Below, in pieces: positions 20,460-30,632 of a stretch of 64,000 nt of DNA (positions within the stretch are counted from its first letter, which is position 1; each line of letters opens with the position of its first letter). The notes under the pieces were generated by a model. That model had not been told where the DNA came from. It saw nothing but the letters and a program-made list of their open reading frames with translations, and made no database searches. This DNA comes from an uncultured Bacilli bacterium. Its GTDB lineage: Bacteria > Bacillota_I > Bacilli_A > RF39 > UBA660. The position numbers and the translations under genes are program-made. Location: the NCBI GenBank assembly GCA_934141245.1, contig CAKPCB010000003.1, positions 66,596 through 130,595 on the forward strand, in the 5' to 3' direction.

Positions 20460-20627
20460 ATGACAAAAAATGGTGGTCTTGATCCTGTAGTACTGTTAAT
20501 GCTTTTTGGTATATATTTTGTTTTAAAATATATTAGTGCCAAAGAGTTCACAGATTTGTTATATGGTATTGTTTTGATTATGTATCATATAAGATTTGCA
20601 ATTTTAAAAAAGAAGTTAATGAAGTAA
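20460..20627 (+). CDS. Small hydrophobic protein (55 aa), hypothetical
   Basis: MTKNGGLDPVVLLMLFGIYFVLKY… with a strong RBS (AGGAAAGGAAA). Lies in the gap between metG and tatD. Confidence 0.3.
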   Translation: MTKNGGLDPVVLLMLFGIYFVLKYISAKEFTDLLYGIVLIMYHIRFAILKKKLMK

Positions 20628-20689
20628 CAGATATATTTTTATATATCTTTTTTTAATTTTTTTATGGTAATATTGATTTGGGTGATAAT

Positions 20690-21454
20690 ATGTATATAGA
20701 CTCTCATACTCATTTATCTAGCGAGTATTATAATAATATAGATGAAGTAATAAATAGAGCATACAAAAATAAAGTGGAATACTTAATGGTGAGTTGTTGT
20801 TCAATTTCCGAAATAAAAGAAGGCCTTAAGTATATTGTTAAATATCAAAATATATTTTTGACGGTCGGACTTCATCCACAAGAGACGGAAAACTATACTG
20901 ATAATGATATTAAATGGATAGAAAGTCTTATTAAAAACAATAATAGAATAATTGGAATTGGCGAAATAGGGCTAGATTATTATTATGGAAAAGAAAATAG
21001 TATTGAGCAAAAAAAATTATTTATTGCACAACTAGAATTGGCAAAAAAACTTTCTTACCCTGTTGTTATTCATACTAGAGATGCAACAGAAGATACATTA
21101 AACATTTTAAAAAATTATAATTTAAACGGAATAATTCATTGTTTTAATGGTAGCATCGAAACTGCAAATCAGTATATAAAATTAGGGTATAAGCTTGGTA
21201 TAGGAGGAGTTCTTACTTTTAAAAACAGTAAACTATCAAGTGCTGTTAAAAAAATCCCATTATCTTCTATTGTTCTTGAAACTGATAGTCCATATCTAAC
21301 TCCAGAACCATTTAGAGGTAATAAAAATGAATCTAAAAACATTCCCATAATTGCCGAAAAGGTTGCAAATGTAAAAGGTTTAAAAATTGAAGAAGTTGAA
21401 AATCAGACTACCAATAATGTTGCTACTATATTTGACTTAAAGAATATATTATGA
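20690..21454 (+). CDS. tatD: TatD-family metal-dependent DNase/hydrolase
   Basis: MYIDSHTHL… with conserved His and Asp residues. Position after metG matches yabD in B. subtilis. Confidence 0.85.
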   Translation: MYIDSHTHLSSEYYNNIDEVINRAYKNKVEYLMVSCCSISEIKEGLKYIVKYQNIFLTVGLHPQETENYTDNDIKWIESLIKNNNRIIGIGEIGLDYYYGKENSIEQKKLFIAQLELAKKLSYPVVIHTRDATEDTLNILKNYNLNGIIHCFNGSIETANQYIKLGYKLGIGGVLTFKNSKLSSAVKKIPLSSIVLETDSPYLTPEPFRGNKNESKNIPIIAEKVANVKGLKIEEVENQTTNNVATIFDLKNIL

Positions 21455-21487
21455 TATATTTTGTTTGGAATTATAGAGGTGAGTTTT

Positions 21488-22066
21488 TTGAAAAGAAAAA
21501 TTTTACTTATTAAAACTCAAAGCATTTTTTTGCTTACAGTTGTATTGATAATTTTAATTATAGGTTTTAGTAATCCTTCAGCTGTTATAATCACAGAGGA
21601 TATATCAAATGCAAGGTCAATTAAGGCGATCCACTTAGTTTCAAAGTATAATAAAAATATTGTTAAAACAAAAACTGTTCAAAGTTTTTCAGAAGTATTG
21701 GAATACGGAAATAAGATGCCTGTTAAATTTAACGGAATAATGACTGGATATGGTCCTGACTGTGTTGGATGTGGTGGAAAGACTGGTTGCCCTCCTAGAC
21801 AAAATGTAAGAAATGGTAATGTATATTTTAATGATAAAGATTATGGAAAGATTAATATAGTAGCTACGGATAGTAGAATTCCTTGCGGCAGTATTCTAAA
21901 GATTACTAATTCTACATTAGGAAAAGAGGTTACGGCTATTGCATTAGATAGAGGTGGTGCTATAAAAAGTACCAAAGTTGATTTTCTTGTTGAAAGTGAA
22001 AAAAAGGCTTTAACTACTGTGGGAAAACAAAAAGTTACATTTGAGATTGTTAGATGGGGCTGGTAA
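21488..22066 (+). CDS. Membrane-anchored 3D-domain protein (YabE/YuiC-like)
   Basis: C-terminal 3D domain (…ATDSRIPCGSILKI…AIALDRGGAIK…VDFLV) and an N-terminal TM segment. TTG start with a GAGGTGAG RBS. Occupies the yabE position. Confidence 0.6.
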   Translation: MKRKILLIKTQSIFLLTVVLIILIIGFSNPSAVIITEDISNARSIKAIHLVSKYNKNIVKTKTVQSFSEVLEYGNKMPVKFNGIMTGYGPDCVGCGGKTGCPPRQNVRNGNVYFNDKDYGKINIVATDSRIPCGSILKITNSTLGKEVTAIALDRGGAIKSTKVDFLVESEKKALTTVGKQKVTFEIVRWGW

Positions 22067-22084
22067 TATTCAGTATAGGTATAT

Positions 22085-22867
22085 ATGATGCAGCATAAAT
22101 TTAAAAAACATTTTGGACAAAATTTTTTACAGGATGAAAATATAATTCAAAAAATAGTATCTATAGAGGATTTAACTTTTGAAGATTTAGTAATAGAAAT
22201 AGGACCTGGAGCGGGGGCTTTAACAAAAAAGTTAATAGAAAAAACTAACGTTTTAGCATATGAGATAGATACAGAATTAAAAGATTGTCTGTCAAAATTA
22301 CAAGATAGTGGACACTTTAGTATAATTTGGGCTGATTTTTTAAAAAGAAATATACTTAATGATTTAAGTGATTATAAATATAAGAATCTTTATATAATAT
22401 CTAATTTACCATATTATATTACTACACCAATAATTGAAAAAATTATTAATGAAAAAATAGATGTTCGTGCAATGATTTTAATGGTTCAAAAAGAGGTTGG
22501 TGAAAGATTTATTGCAAGTCCAGGTACAAAGAATTATGGTTCTATAACTGTTTTTCTTAATTACTATTTTGACATAACTAAATCTTTTGATGTGAGTAAA
22601 AATTGTTTTTATCCCAAACCAAACGTTGATAGTTGTATATTAAAATTTAAACGAAGAACAAATCAATTTAATGTGATAGATGAAGATAAGTTTTTCAAGT
22701 TAATTAGGGATAGCTTTAGATATAAAAGGAAAACATTAAAAAATAATCTTAGTACTTATGATTTAGTAAAAATAGAAGAAATACTAAAAAAGAATAATCT
22801 TGATCTTTCTGTTAGAGCTGAAAACATATCCTTATTAATTTTTATTGAAATTGCAAATAATTTATAA
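22085..22867 (+). CDS. rsmA: 16S rRNA (adenine1518/1519-N6)-dimethyltransferase
   Basis: HKFKKHFGQNFLQDENII, SAM motif (EIGPGAGALT), NLPY. Confidence 0.9.
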   Translation: MMQHKFKKHFGQNFLQDENIIQKIVSIEDLTFEDLVIEIGPGAGALTKKLIEKTNVLAYEIDTELKDCLSKLQDSGHFSIIWADFLKRNILNDLSDYKYKNLYIISNLPYYITTPIIEKIINEKIDVRAMILMVQKEVGERFIASPGTKNYGSITVFLNYYFDITKSFDVSKNCFYPKPNVDSCILKFKRRTNQFNVIDEDKFFKLIRDSFRYKRKTLKNNLSTYDLVKIEEILKKNNLDLSVRAENISLLIFIEIANNL

Positions 22868-22899
22868 AAAAAAGCATATAATTCTATGGGTGAAATTAT

Positions 22900-23685
22900 A
22901 TGCTTTTTAAAGTTGGAGACATAGTTAGTAGAAATTCATATAACAATGATACATTATTTAAAATAGTATCTATAGAGGACGGGCTAATTAATTTAAAAGG
23001 TGTGGAAGTTCGTCTATATGCAGATAGCCCGCCAGGTGATTTAAAACTAGAAAAAGATTTATCATTAAAAAATGAAGATGAGGAACTAATAGAAGAAGTT
23101 AATGAAACAATTCGTCTTGATAGAAATGAATTTTTTTATTTACCTGGTAAGGTTTTGCATATAGATGGTGATGATGAGTATTTAGAGCGTTGTATAAATT
23201 TTTATAAAAAAATGAAAGTAAAGACATATGCATTAAGTTTAAAAGAAGAAGTTATGTCAATAGATATTCAAAAGTATTTGAAAGAACTTAAACCTGATAT
23301 CGTTGTTATAACAGGACATGATTTTTTTTACAAAAATAGAAAAGAAATAAATAATATAAATAATTATAAAAATAGTAAATTTTTTGTTGATGCAATTAAA
23401 AAAGCTAGAGAATACGAAAAGTCACAAGATAAATTAATAATAATAGCTGGTGCCTGTCAGTCGGATTATGAGAGTTTGATAAAAGCTGGTGCAAATTTTG
23501 CTAGCAGTCCTAAAAGAGTAAATATTCATGCACTTGATCCTGCTATAATAGCAGCTTCAGTTGCGCTTTCAACTAGAGATAAACCTATTGATATTATTAA
23601 GATTATTGAAAGAACTAAATATAAAGAGGAAGGGATAGGTGGTATCATTACTAATGGAATGATGTATAGGGGGTATCCAAGATAA
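22900..23685 (+). CDS. yabG: Sporulation-specific protease YabG (peptidase U57)
   Basis: Conserved ksgA-yabG-veg context and YabG-like core (…IVVITGHDFFYK…). Confidence 0.65.
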   Translation: MLFKVGDIVSRNSYNNDTLFKIVSIEDGLINLKGVEVRLYADSPPGDLKLEKDLSLKNEDEELIEEVNETIRLDRNEFFYLPGKVLHIDGDDEYLERCINFYKKMKVKTYALSLKEEVMSIDIQKYLKELKPDIVVITGHDFFYKNRKEINNINNYKNSKFFVDAIKKAREYEKSQDKLIIIAGACQSDYESLIKAGANFASSPKRVNIHALDPAIIAASVALSTRDKPIDIIKIIERTKYKEEGIGGIITNGMMYRGYPR

Positions 23686-23720
23686 ATATAAATAAAATAA
23701 AATTAAATCTAGAAAAAAAT

Positions 23721-23903
23721 ATGGGTAAAACTCTACATTTTAGATTTAATGGTGCTAGAAACCAAATTGAGGAATTTTCGGGAACAATAGAAAATATGTA
23801 TAATTCTATTTTTGTTGTAAAAGTGTCAAATCCAAAGGAGCAAATTAAAAGTTTTAGTTATGCAGATATTTTAACTGAGAGTTTACAAATTTTTGTAAAA
23901 TGA
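23721..23903 (+). CDS. veg: Veg-family protein
   Basis: 60 aa. The …SFSYADILTES… C-terminal block matches Veg (…SYSYADILTE…). Conserved position after yabG. Confidence 0.6.
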   Translation: MGKTLHFRFNGARNQIEEFSGTIENMYNSIFVVKVSNPKEQIKSFSYADILTESLQIFVK

Positions 23904-23970
23904 TATTGCAATTTTAGACAAATTATTATACTATATATGTATATATTGAGCTTATGCTCAAAAGGAGGAT

Positions 23971-24252
23971 ATGCAAATGAAAATAACATCTGTTAATGTA
24001 AGAAAAGTCGAAAAAGACGGATCTAAAGTGAAAGGAATAGCTTCAGTTTTATTAGATGATAGCTTTGCCGTTCATGATATAAGAATATTAGAAGGCGATA
24101 ATGGTTTGTATATACGTATGCCAAATAAAAAAGTTGCCAGTGGAGGATATAGAGATATAGCACATCCAATTAATCAAGAAGTAAGATCAATGTTTGAAGA
24201 GGCAATAATTGATAAGTATAATAATTTAGATGAAGAATCTGTTAATGAATAA
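23971..24252 (+). CDS. spoVG: Septation/sporulation protein SpoVG
   Basis: MKITSVNVRKVEKDGSKVKGIASVLLDDSFAVHDIRILEGDNGLYIRMP, a near-canonical SpoVG. Confidence 0.9.
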   Translation: MQMKITSVNVRKVEKDGSKVKGIASVLLDDSFAVHDIRILEGDNGLYIRMPNKKVASGGYRDIAHPINQEVRSMFEEAIIDKYNNLDEESVNE

Positions 24253-24260
24253 TATATTTA

Positions 24261-24286
24261 AGAGCTACTAGTTAGCTCTTTTTTTG
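24261..24286 (+). terminator. Rho-independent terminator after spoVG
   Basis: AGAGCTA-ctag-TTAGCTCT followed by T6. Confidence 0.55.
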
Positions 24287-24335
24287 AGGGTTCTATTATA
24301 TTATCTTGTGAATATTATTTAATGGGAGGAATAAT

Positions 24336-24629
24336 ATGGATAAGGTAGATAATATAGTTGGAAATTATAATCATAGCATAAATATTGTTGAAAGAAAAAA
24401 TCTTATGGTTACTGGAGTAAAAAAAATAGACAATTTTGATAGTGAGGAATTCTTACTTCAAACTACTATGGGGTATTTGGTTATAAAAGGTACTGATTTG
24501 GAATTGGTTAAACTAGATACTATGCAAGGTAATGTATCTATAAAAGGGACTATTATTTCTTTTAATTATATAGAAGATAACAAACTAAAAGGTAAAGAAA
24601 ATAGCATATTTAATAGGTTATTTAAATAA
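24336..24629 (+). CDS. yabP: Sporulation protein YabP
   Basis: …LMVTGVKKIDNFDSEEFLLQTTMGYLVIKGTDLEL…GNVSIKGTI… YabP family. Start overlaps yabQ (yabP-yabQ pair). Confidence 0.75.
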   Translation: MDKVDNIVGNYNHSINIVERKNLMVTGVKKIDNFDSEEFLLQTTMGYLVIKGTDLELVKLDTMQGNVSIKGTIISFNYIEDNKLKGKENSIFNRLFK

Positions 24630-24922
24630 TGTCTTTAGAAATTCAAATTCAATCTATTTGTTTATCCGTTTTTTATGGAATGTTTAGTGCTTTAACTTTT
24701 AATTTGTTTTATTCAATTATGTTTAAATCTAAACCAGTAATTAGAATTATTTTAATGAGTTTGTATTCTTTTTTATTTTTTTCCTTATATTTTTTACTTC
24801 TTATTGCTGTTAATAAAGGAATTATACATGTTTATTTTTGCTTTGCTTTTTTAGTAGGATTTTTGATTTCAAATAGGAAAACAAAAGTACTAAGAAGCAA
24901 ATTTAATCCTTATTCAAAATAG
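24629..24922 (+). CDS. yabQ: Spore cortex biosynthesis protein YabQ-like membrane protein
   Basis: Small multi-TM protein translationally coupled to yabP (ATG overlaps the TAA). Confidence 0.55.
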   Translation: MSLEIQIQSICLSVFYGMFSALTFNLFYSIMFKSKPVIRIILMSLYSFLFFSLYFLLLIAVNKGIIHVYFCFAFLVGFLISNRKTKVLRSKFNPYSK

Positions 24923-25041
24923 GGATTTTTTATTTTGACTGAATGTTTTATAATAATACTTAAAAAGAATATAAAATTATAAATTACTCTTTAATCTTAA
25001 ACAATGACTTTTTGAAAAAAATATAGTATAATATAGTTTGG

Positions 25042-26028
25042 TTGGTGAGGAATAAGTTGAAAAATGAATTTAATTATATTAAAAAGAAAATAAAAAAGGC
25101 TAACCAAATATATATAATTGGTCACAAATTTATTGATTTGGATGCATATGGTGCTGCAATTGGAATGTATTATTACACAATCAATTTAAAAAAAAGAGCT
25201 AGAATAATTCTCGATGATACTAAATTGGAATCTAGTGTAAAAAAAGTTATTAATATGTTTTCCGATAAGGTTGATATAGTAAAAAGTAAAAATATAGATG
25301 TAGTGGATGATAAAGACTTATTAATAATTGTTGATACTAATAAACAAAACTTAATAAGTAATGTTAAACTTTTATCTAAGTTTAATAATATAATTATAAT
25401 TGATCATCATAAAGTTGATGAGAATACAATTTCAAATGATAAGACATATCAATTTATTGATACAACTGCATCAAGTACGTGTGAGATAATTACGAAGCAA
25501 TTAATCCTTGAAAATATTTCTATTAATAAGCTAATATCTACAGCATTGTTATCTGGTATTGTTTTAGATACTAATAATTTTACATTGAGAACTAACTCAG
25601 ATACTTACTATTGTGCATATTATCTAAGCAGATGTGGTGCCGATTCTAAAATGGTTCAATATATATTAAAACAGAATATAAATGAATATATAAATATACA
25701 AAAAGTAATTACTGATGTTAATGTAATTAAAAATGTAGCTTTTTCTAAGGGACTTCAAACTCAAGTTTATAGAAGAGAAGAATTGGCTAAAATTGCTGAT
25801 ACACTATTGCTATTTAATAATATTGAAGCCTCATTTGTAGTTGGCAAAGTAAGTGGAGGAATAGGTATTAGTGCCCGCTCTATGGGTAAAATTGATGTTG
25901 GTACCATTCTAAATAAATTTAATGGTGGTGGTGATACCCACGAGGCTGCTGCTATTATTGAAGATTCATCATTGAATAAGGTTTATAGTGATGTGGTTGA
26001 TAGTATTAAAAAAATTAAAAATTCATAG
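25042..26028 (+). CDS. Stand-alone DHH/DHHA1 phosphoesterase (GdpP C-terminal-like, or NrnA-like)
   Basis: DHH motifs ([26 protein letters not shown]) and DHHA1 ([10 protein letters not shown]). No TM, PAS or GGDEF region. Located at the gdpP slot upstream of rplI-dnaB. Confidence 0.7.
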   Translation: MVRNKLKNEFNYIKKKIKKANQIYIIGHKFIDLDAYGAAIGMYYYTINLKKRARIILDDTKLESSVKKVINMFSDKVDIVKSKNIDVVDDKDLLIIVDTNKQNLISNVKLLSKFNNIIIIDHHKVDENTISNDKTYQFIDTTASSTCEIITKQLILENISINKLISTALLSGIVLDTNNFTLRTNSDTYYCAYYLSRCGADSKMVQYILKQNINEYINIQKVITDVNVIKNVAFSKGLQTQVYRREELAKIADTLLLFNNIEASFVVGKVSGGIGISARSMGKIDVGTILNKFNGGGDTHEAAAIIEDSSLNKVYSDVVDSIKKIKNS

Positions 26029-26036
26029 GAGGTTTT

Positions 26037-26477
26037 ATGAAAGTTTTGTTTGTCAAAGATTTAAAGAAACAAGGTAAAAAAGGTGAAATTAAAGAGGTAA
26101 AAGATGGGTATGCTCAAAACTATTTAATTAAAAATGGGTATGCTGTGCAGTTAAACAATATAACTCTATCTAAATACAATAAGGAACTGCAAGAATTACT
26201 TGATAATGATAAAAGATTAAGACAAGAGGCATTAAACTTAAAAAGAAGATTAGATAGTTTGGAATTGATTTTCAAAGTTAAAGTAGGAAATAATGATAAA
26301 GTTTTTGGAAGAATAAGTCAAAAACAGATTAAAGAAGAGTTGGATAAAAAAGGATTTGGTATTGATAGAAAACAAATTATTATACCTGATTGTCCTGCAA
26401 TGCTTGGATATTATAATGTTAAAATAAATTTATATAAAGAGGTAGAAGCAACAATAAAAATTAAACTTGAAAAATAG
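26037..26477 (+). CDS. rplI: 50S ribosomal protein L9
   Basis: [36 protein letters not shown]. Confidence 0.9.
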   Translation: MKVLFVKDLKKQGKKGEIKEVKDGYAQNYLIKNGYAVQLNNITLSKYNKELQELLDNDKRLRQEALNLKRRLDSLELIFKVKVGNNDKVFGRISQKQIKEELDKKGFGIDRKQIIIPDCPAMLGYYNVKINLYKEVEATIKIKLEK

Positions 26478-26487
26478 AGGTGATAAT

Positions 26488-27849
26488 ATGGCAAATAGGG
26501 AGATTCCACATAATTTAGAGGCAGAACAATCTGTATTGGGTGCAATGCTGTTATCTAAATATGCTTTGCAAAAATCAACTGATGCATTAACAAAAGATTC
26601 ATTTTATTCGTCAGCAAATTCAGAAATTTTTCAGTGCTTGGCTAATATGTCTGAAAAAAAAGCTCCTATTGATTTAACAACTTTAACCTCAGAACTTAAA
26701 GAGAAAAATAAACTAAATGAAGTTGGTGGTATAGAGTATTTAACTGAATTAATTGAATTTGTTCCGACTGCATCAAATGTAGATTATTATATAAAACTAG
26801 TTGAAGAATCGGCATTACTTAGAAGACTAATAGATGTTTCAACAGATATTGTTACTAGTGCTTATAATAGACAGTCAAGTGTTGATGACACACTTGATTC
26901 CGCAGAACGAAAGATATTAAGTGTGGTAAATAACAGAAGGTCAACAGAGTTTAAAACAATAAAGGAAGTATTATCAAGTGCTGAAGCAAACTTAGAAAAA
27001 TTATCTCAAACAAAGGGAGAAATAACAGGTGTTGCAACAGGTTGGTACGATATAGATAAATTGACTTCTGGGTTACATGAAAATGAACTTATAATTATTG
27101 CTGCTAGACCTGCAATGGGCAAAACAGCATTTGCTATTAATTTAGCGACTAATGTTGCAATGAACAATGATAAAGCAGTTGCACTATTTAATATGGAAAT
27201 GGGTGCTGAGCAATTAGTAAATCGTATGCTTAGCTCTCTTGGCCAAATAGAAGGTAAGAAATTGGCTACAGGTAATTTACAGAATAATGATTGGAAAAGG
27301 ATTAGTGAAGCAATTGGACAACTCTCTGAAACAAATTTATATTTAGATGATACACCAGGTATAACAATTGGTGAGATTAGGTCAAAGTGTAGAAGATTAG
27401 CTAATAGTGAAAAAGGCTTAGCTTTAGTAGTAATCGATTATTTACAACTTATTTCATCATCAATAAATTATGGCGGTAATAGGCAACAAGAAGTTTCTGA
27501 TATTTCACGTTCATTAAAAATGATGGCTATGGAATTGAAAGTTCCTGTAATAGCATTAGCGCAATTATCACGTAGCGTTGAATCAAGAGAAAATAAAAGA
27601 CCAATAATGAGTGATTTGAGAGAATCGGGATCAATAGAGCAAGATGCTGATATAGTAGCCTTTTTATATCGTGATGATTATTATAATAAAGATAAAGAAT
27701 TGAAGGATAATAGCAATAATAGTATTAGTGAATTTATAGTTTCTAAACATAGAAATGGACCAACCGCAACTATTGAATTATTATTTAAAAAAGATACTTC
27801 CACATTCTTAAGTTATAAGAAAGATTCAGGAGGAGCAAACAATGAATAA
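26488..27849 (+). CDS. dnaB: Replicative DNA helicase (DnaB family; called DnaC in B. subtilis)
   Basis: N-terminal EAEQSVLGAML, Walker A (ARPAMGKTAFAIN) and a RecA-like core. The ATG at 26488 has an AGAGGTGA RBS. Confidence 0.9.
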   Translation: MANREIPHNLEAEQSVLGAMLLSKYALQKSTDALTKDSFYSSANSEIFQCLANMSEKKAPIDLTTLTSELKEKNKLNEVGGIEYLTELIEFVPTASNVDYYIKLVEESALLRRLIDVSTDIVTSAYNRQSSVDDTLDSAERKILSVVNNRRSTEFKTIKEVLSSAEANLEKLSQTKGEITGVATGWYDIDKLTSGLHENELIIIAARPAMGKTAFAINLATNVAMNNDKAVALFNMEMGAEQLVNRMLSSLGQIEGKKLATGNLQNNDWKRISEAIGQLSETNLYLDDTPGITIGEIRSKCRRLANSEKGLALVVIDYLQLISSSINYGGNRQQEVSDISRSLKMMAMELKVPVIALAQLSRSVESRENKRPIMSDLRESGSIEQDADIVAFLYRDDYYNKDKELKDNSNNSISEFIVSKHRNGPTATIELLFKKDTSTFLSYKKDSGGANNE

Positions 27850-29308
27850 AAAAAATTTATTTTTTATAATAATTGCTGCAATAATAAGTAGTAGTATATT
27901 TTTTGTTGGATATACCAATAAGACTAATCCTAAAAATTTGTATAGAGTTTATTTAAGTGGAAAAACAATAGGATATATAAATTCAAAAAGGGAATTAGAG
28001 GATTACATTGATGTAAAAGAAGCTGAAATAAAATCAAAATATAATGTTGATAATGTTTATGCACCGAAGAATCTTAATGTTGTTAACGAAATTACATATA
28101 ATAAAAAAATTTCCTCAATTGAAGAAATATATAATATCATAAAGGAACAAGCTCCTTTTACTATTAGTGGATATACAATTAATATAAAGGGTGTTGAGGA
28201 AATTAATGAAACAAGCAAAACATATACTGATGATGTGGTTATAAACGTATTAGATAAGTCTATATTTGAAGAAGCAGTTAATCAGATAATAAAGGTTTTT
28301 GTTGATGAAAAAGATTATAATAAATATAAACTTAATTCTCAAGAAAAGATAACAAATACTGGTAAAATAATTGAAAGCATATATATTCAAAATGAAATGA
28401 CTATAAAGCAAAATAAAATTTCTACAAGTGATATTATATTCACTAATACATCTGATCTTAGTAAATATTTGTTGTTTGGAACATTAGAGGAACAAAAAAA
28501 GTATATTGTTAAACCCGGTGATACAATAGAAAAAATATCTTACAATAACAAGTTATCAGTTGAAGAGTTTTTGATTGCTAATAAAGAATTTAATGATAGC
28601 AGTAATTTATTGTATGATGGTCAGGAAGTAACTTTAGGTATTTTAAAGCCAGCATTTAAGACAATAGAAGAAGATTATGTTGTTGAATTTGAAGATAGTA
28701 ACTATAAAACTGAAATTGTATATGATAATTCAATGCTTTCTGGAGTTGAAAGAGTAAAACAACAAGGTGTAAATGGTAAAAACAAAGTTAGTAAAAAAGT
28801 TAAAAAAATAAATGGCGAAGTTAAAAGTGCTGTGGTTATTGAATCTCAAGAAATAGTACCAGCGCAAAACAAAATAATTGTTCGTGGTAATGGTACAATA
28901 AGTATAGGTAGAGTTGGTAACTGGGCATGGCCTACTAAAACTCCTTATGTTATAACAAGTGGTTATGGATGGAGATGGGGAAAAATTCATAAAGGTCTTG
29001 ATATTAGTGGTACAGGACATGGTTCCCCAATATATGCTGCTAACGATGGTGTGGTTTTAGAATCAAGATATGATTCATTTAATGGTAACTTTATAGTTAT
29101 AAATCATAATAATGGGTACTATACAATTTATGCCCATATGTCTGCTTTACTTGTGAAAAAAGGTGAAATAGTTACAATTGGTCAACAAATAGGAAAAATG
29201 GGTGCAACTGGTTATGCATTTGGGGCGCATTTGCATTTTGGTGTTTGGAGAGGTTATCCAGATAGATCTGCTAGTACCAGTGTTAATCCATTATCACTAT
29301 ATCGATGA
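27842..29308 (+). CDS. Membrane-anchored M23 (LytM) peptidase with LysM-like and G5-like modules
   Basis: C-terminal M23 motifs (HKGLDISG…, YAHMS, GAHLHFGV). A G5-like segment (…VERVKQQGVNGKNKVSKKVKKINGEV…). An N-terminal TM segment. Confidence 0.75.
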   Translation: MNKKNLFFIIIAAIISSSIFFVGYTNKTNPKNLYRVYLSGKTIGYINSKRELEDYIDVKEAEIKSKYNVDNVYAPKNLNVVNEITYNKKISSIEEIYNIIKEQAPFTISGYTINIKGVEEINETSKTYTDDVVINVLDKSIFEEAVNQIIKVFVDEKDYNKYKLNSQEKITNTGKIIESIYIQNEMTIKQNKISTSDIIFTNTSDLSKYLLFGTLEEQKKYIVKPGDTIEKISYNNKLSVEEFLIANKEFNDSSNLLYDGQEVTLGILKPAFKTIEEDYVVEFEDSNYKTEIVYDNSMLSGVERVKQQGVNGKNKVSKKVKKINGEVKSAVVIESQEIVPAQNKIIVRGNGTISIGRVGNWAWPTKTPYVITSGYGWRWGKIHKGLDISGTGHGSPIYAANDGVVLESRYDSFNGNFIVINHNNGYYTIYAHMSALLVKKGEIVTIGQQIGKMGATGYAFGAHLHFGVWRGYPDRSASTSVNPLSLYR

Positions 29309-30075
29309 AAATTAGGATAATTTCTAGTGGTTCTAAGGGAAATTGTACTTATGTAGAATTAGGAACTGCTAAAATATTAATTGATATAGGTATAAGTTTT
29401 TCGCAAGTAAAAAAATCGTTAGAACAAATAGATGTAAGTATCTATCAAATAGATATGATATTAATAACACATTCTCACAAGGATCATATAAATGGGCTAA
29501 ATGTGCTATTAAAAAATGTACCTAATATTTTGGTAATAACAACAAAGGATGTATATCAAGATTTAACACATAATTTTAATTATAGATTTGATAATTTCTT
29601 AGATGCACTTGAGGTTAATTCTCAATTGGGATTTTCTATTCAGGTTATTAAAACTTCCCATGATGTACCATCCTGTGGATATGTTATTAGTGACGGTGAA
29701 AGCAATATGGTGTATATAACGGACACAGGGTACTTAAATAGGAAATATTTTAATCAGTTAAAAAACAAAACTGTATATATATTTGAGTCAAACTATGATG
29801 ATAAAATGTTAATGGAAGGACCATATCCTTTTGTATTAAAGCAAAGAATTTTGAGTGATAAAGGACATCTTTCTAATACTGTTTCTGCTAAAATACTATC
29901 TAAGGTTGTTGGAAACAAAACAAAGTATATATATTTAGCGCATATTAGTGAACATAATAATACAAAGGAAATTGCACTTGAAACTGCAAAACAATATCTT
30001 AAAGATACTGATTTTGATGTGAATAATATAATTATTACTGAGCAGGGAGTATCACTTGATATGGTGGAAATATAA
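29305..30075 (+). CDS. MBL-fold metallo-hydrolase (YycJ/WalJ-like)
   Basis: HxHxDH motif (ILITHSHKDHINGL). B. subtilis pairs yycJ with yydA(rlmH) in the same way. Confidence 0.75.
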   Translation: MKIRIISSGSKGNCTYVELGTAKILIDIGISFSQVKKSLEQIDVSIYQIDMILITHSHKDHINGLNVLLKNVPNILVITTKDVYQDLTHNFNYRFDNFLDALEVNSQLGFSIQVIKTSHDVPSCGYVISDGESNMVYITDTGYLNRKYFNQLKNKTVYIFESNYDDKMLMEGPYPFVLKQRILSDKGHLSNTVSAKILSKVVGNKTKYIYLAHISEHNNTKEIALETAKQYLKDTDFDVNNIIITEQGVSLDMVEI

Positions 30076-30530
30076 TGATAAAAATAATTTGCGTTGGAAA
30101 ACTTAAAGAAAACTATTGGAGAGATGCCTCACAAGAATATTTAAAAAGACTCACAAAATATTCAAATATTAAATTAATCGAGATACCTGATTGTTCTATT
30201 GATGATCCTGTTGTATCTTTAAATAAAGAAAAAGATTTGATTCTAAAACATATAAAACCAAATGAATATTTAATTTTGCTAGATGTTAAATCTAAACAAT
30301 ATAGCAGTGAGAATTTTTCAAATAAATTAAATAGTATCCTTTTACAAAACAGTAACATAACATTTTTAATTGGTGGATCATATGGTATTCATCATGAAAT
30401 TAAAGATTTAGCTAGTCTTAAAATTTCTTTTTCAGAGATGACATTTCCACATCAATTGTTTAGAGTTATGTTTCTTGAACAATTATATAGAGCATATAAA
30501 ATTATGAATAATGAAAAATATCATAAATAA
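30075..30530 (+). CDS. rlmH: 23S rRNA (pseudouridine1915-N3)-methyltransferase
   Basis: MIKIICVGKLKENYWRDASQEYLKRL… SPOUT fold, 151 aa. Confidence 0.85.
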   Translation: MIKIICVGKLKENYWRDASQEYLKRLTKYSNIKLIEIPDCSIDDPVVSLNKEKDLILKHIKPNEYLILLDVKSKQYSSENFSNKLNSILLQNSNITFLIGGSYGIHHEIKDLASLKISFSEMTFPHQLFRVMFLEQLYRAYKIMNNEKYHK

Positions 30531-30556
30531 TATCCACAATCTTGTGGATATTTTTA
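30530..30556 (+). terminator. Terminator hairpin made of two inverted DnaA-box-like 9-mers
   Basis: ATATCCACAA-tc-TTGTGGATAT + T5. Each arm matches the DnaA box TTATCCACA at 8 of 9 positions. Confidence 0.55.
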
Positions 30557-30632
30557 AATACAAGTATACTTTTAGTTAACTTAAAAGATATAAATTGAAA
30601 ATTTACTTATAATTAACTCATGAGGTAGTTAT

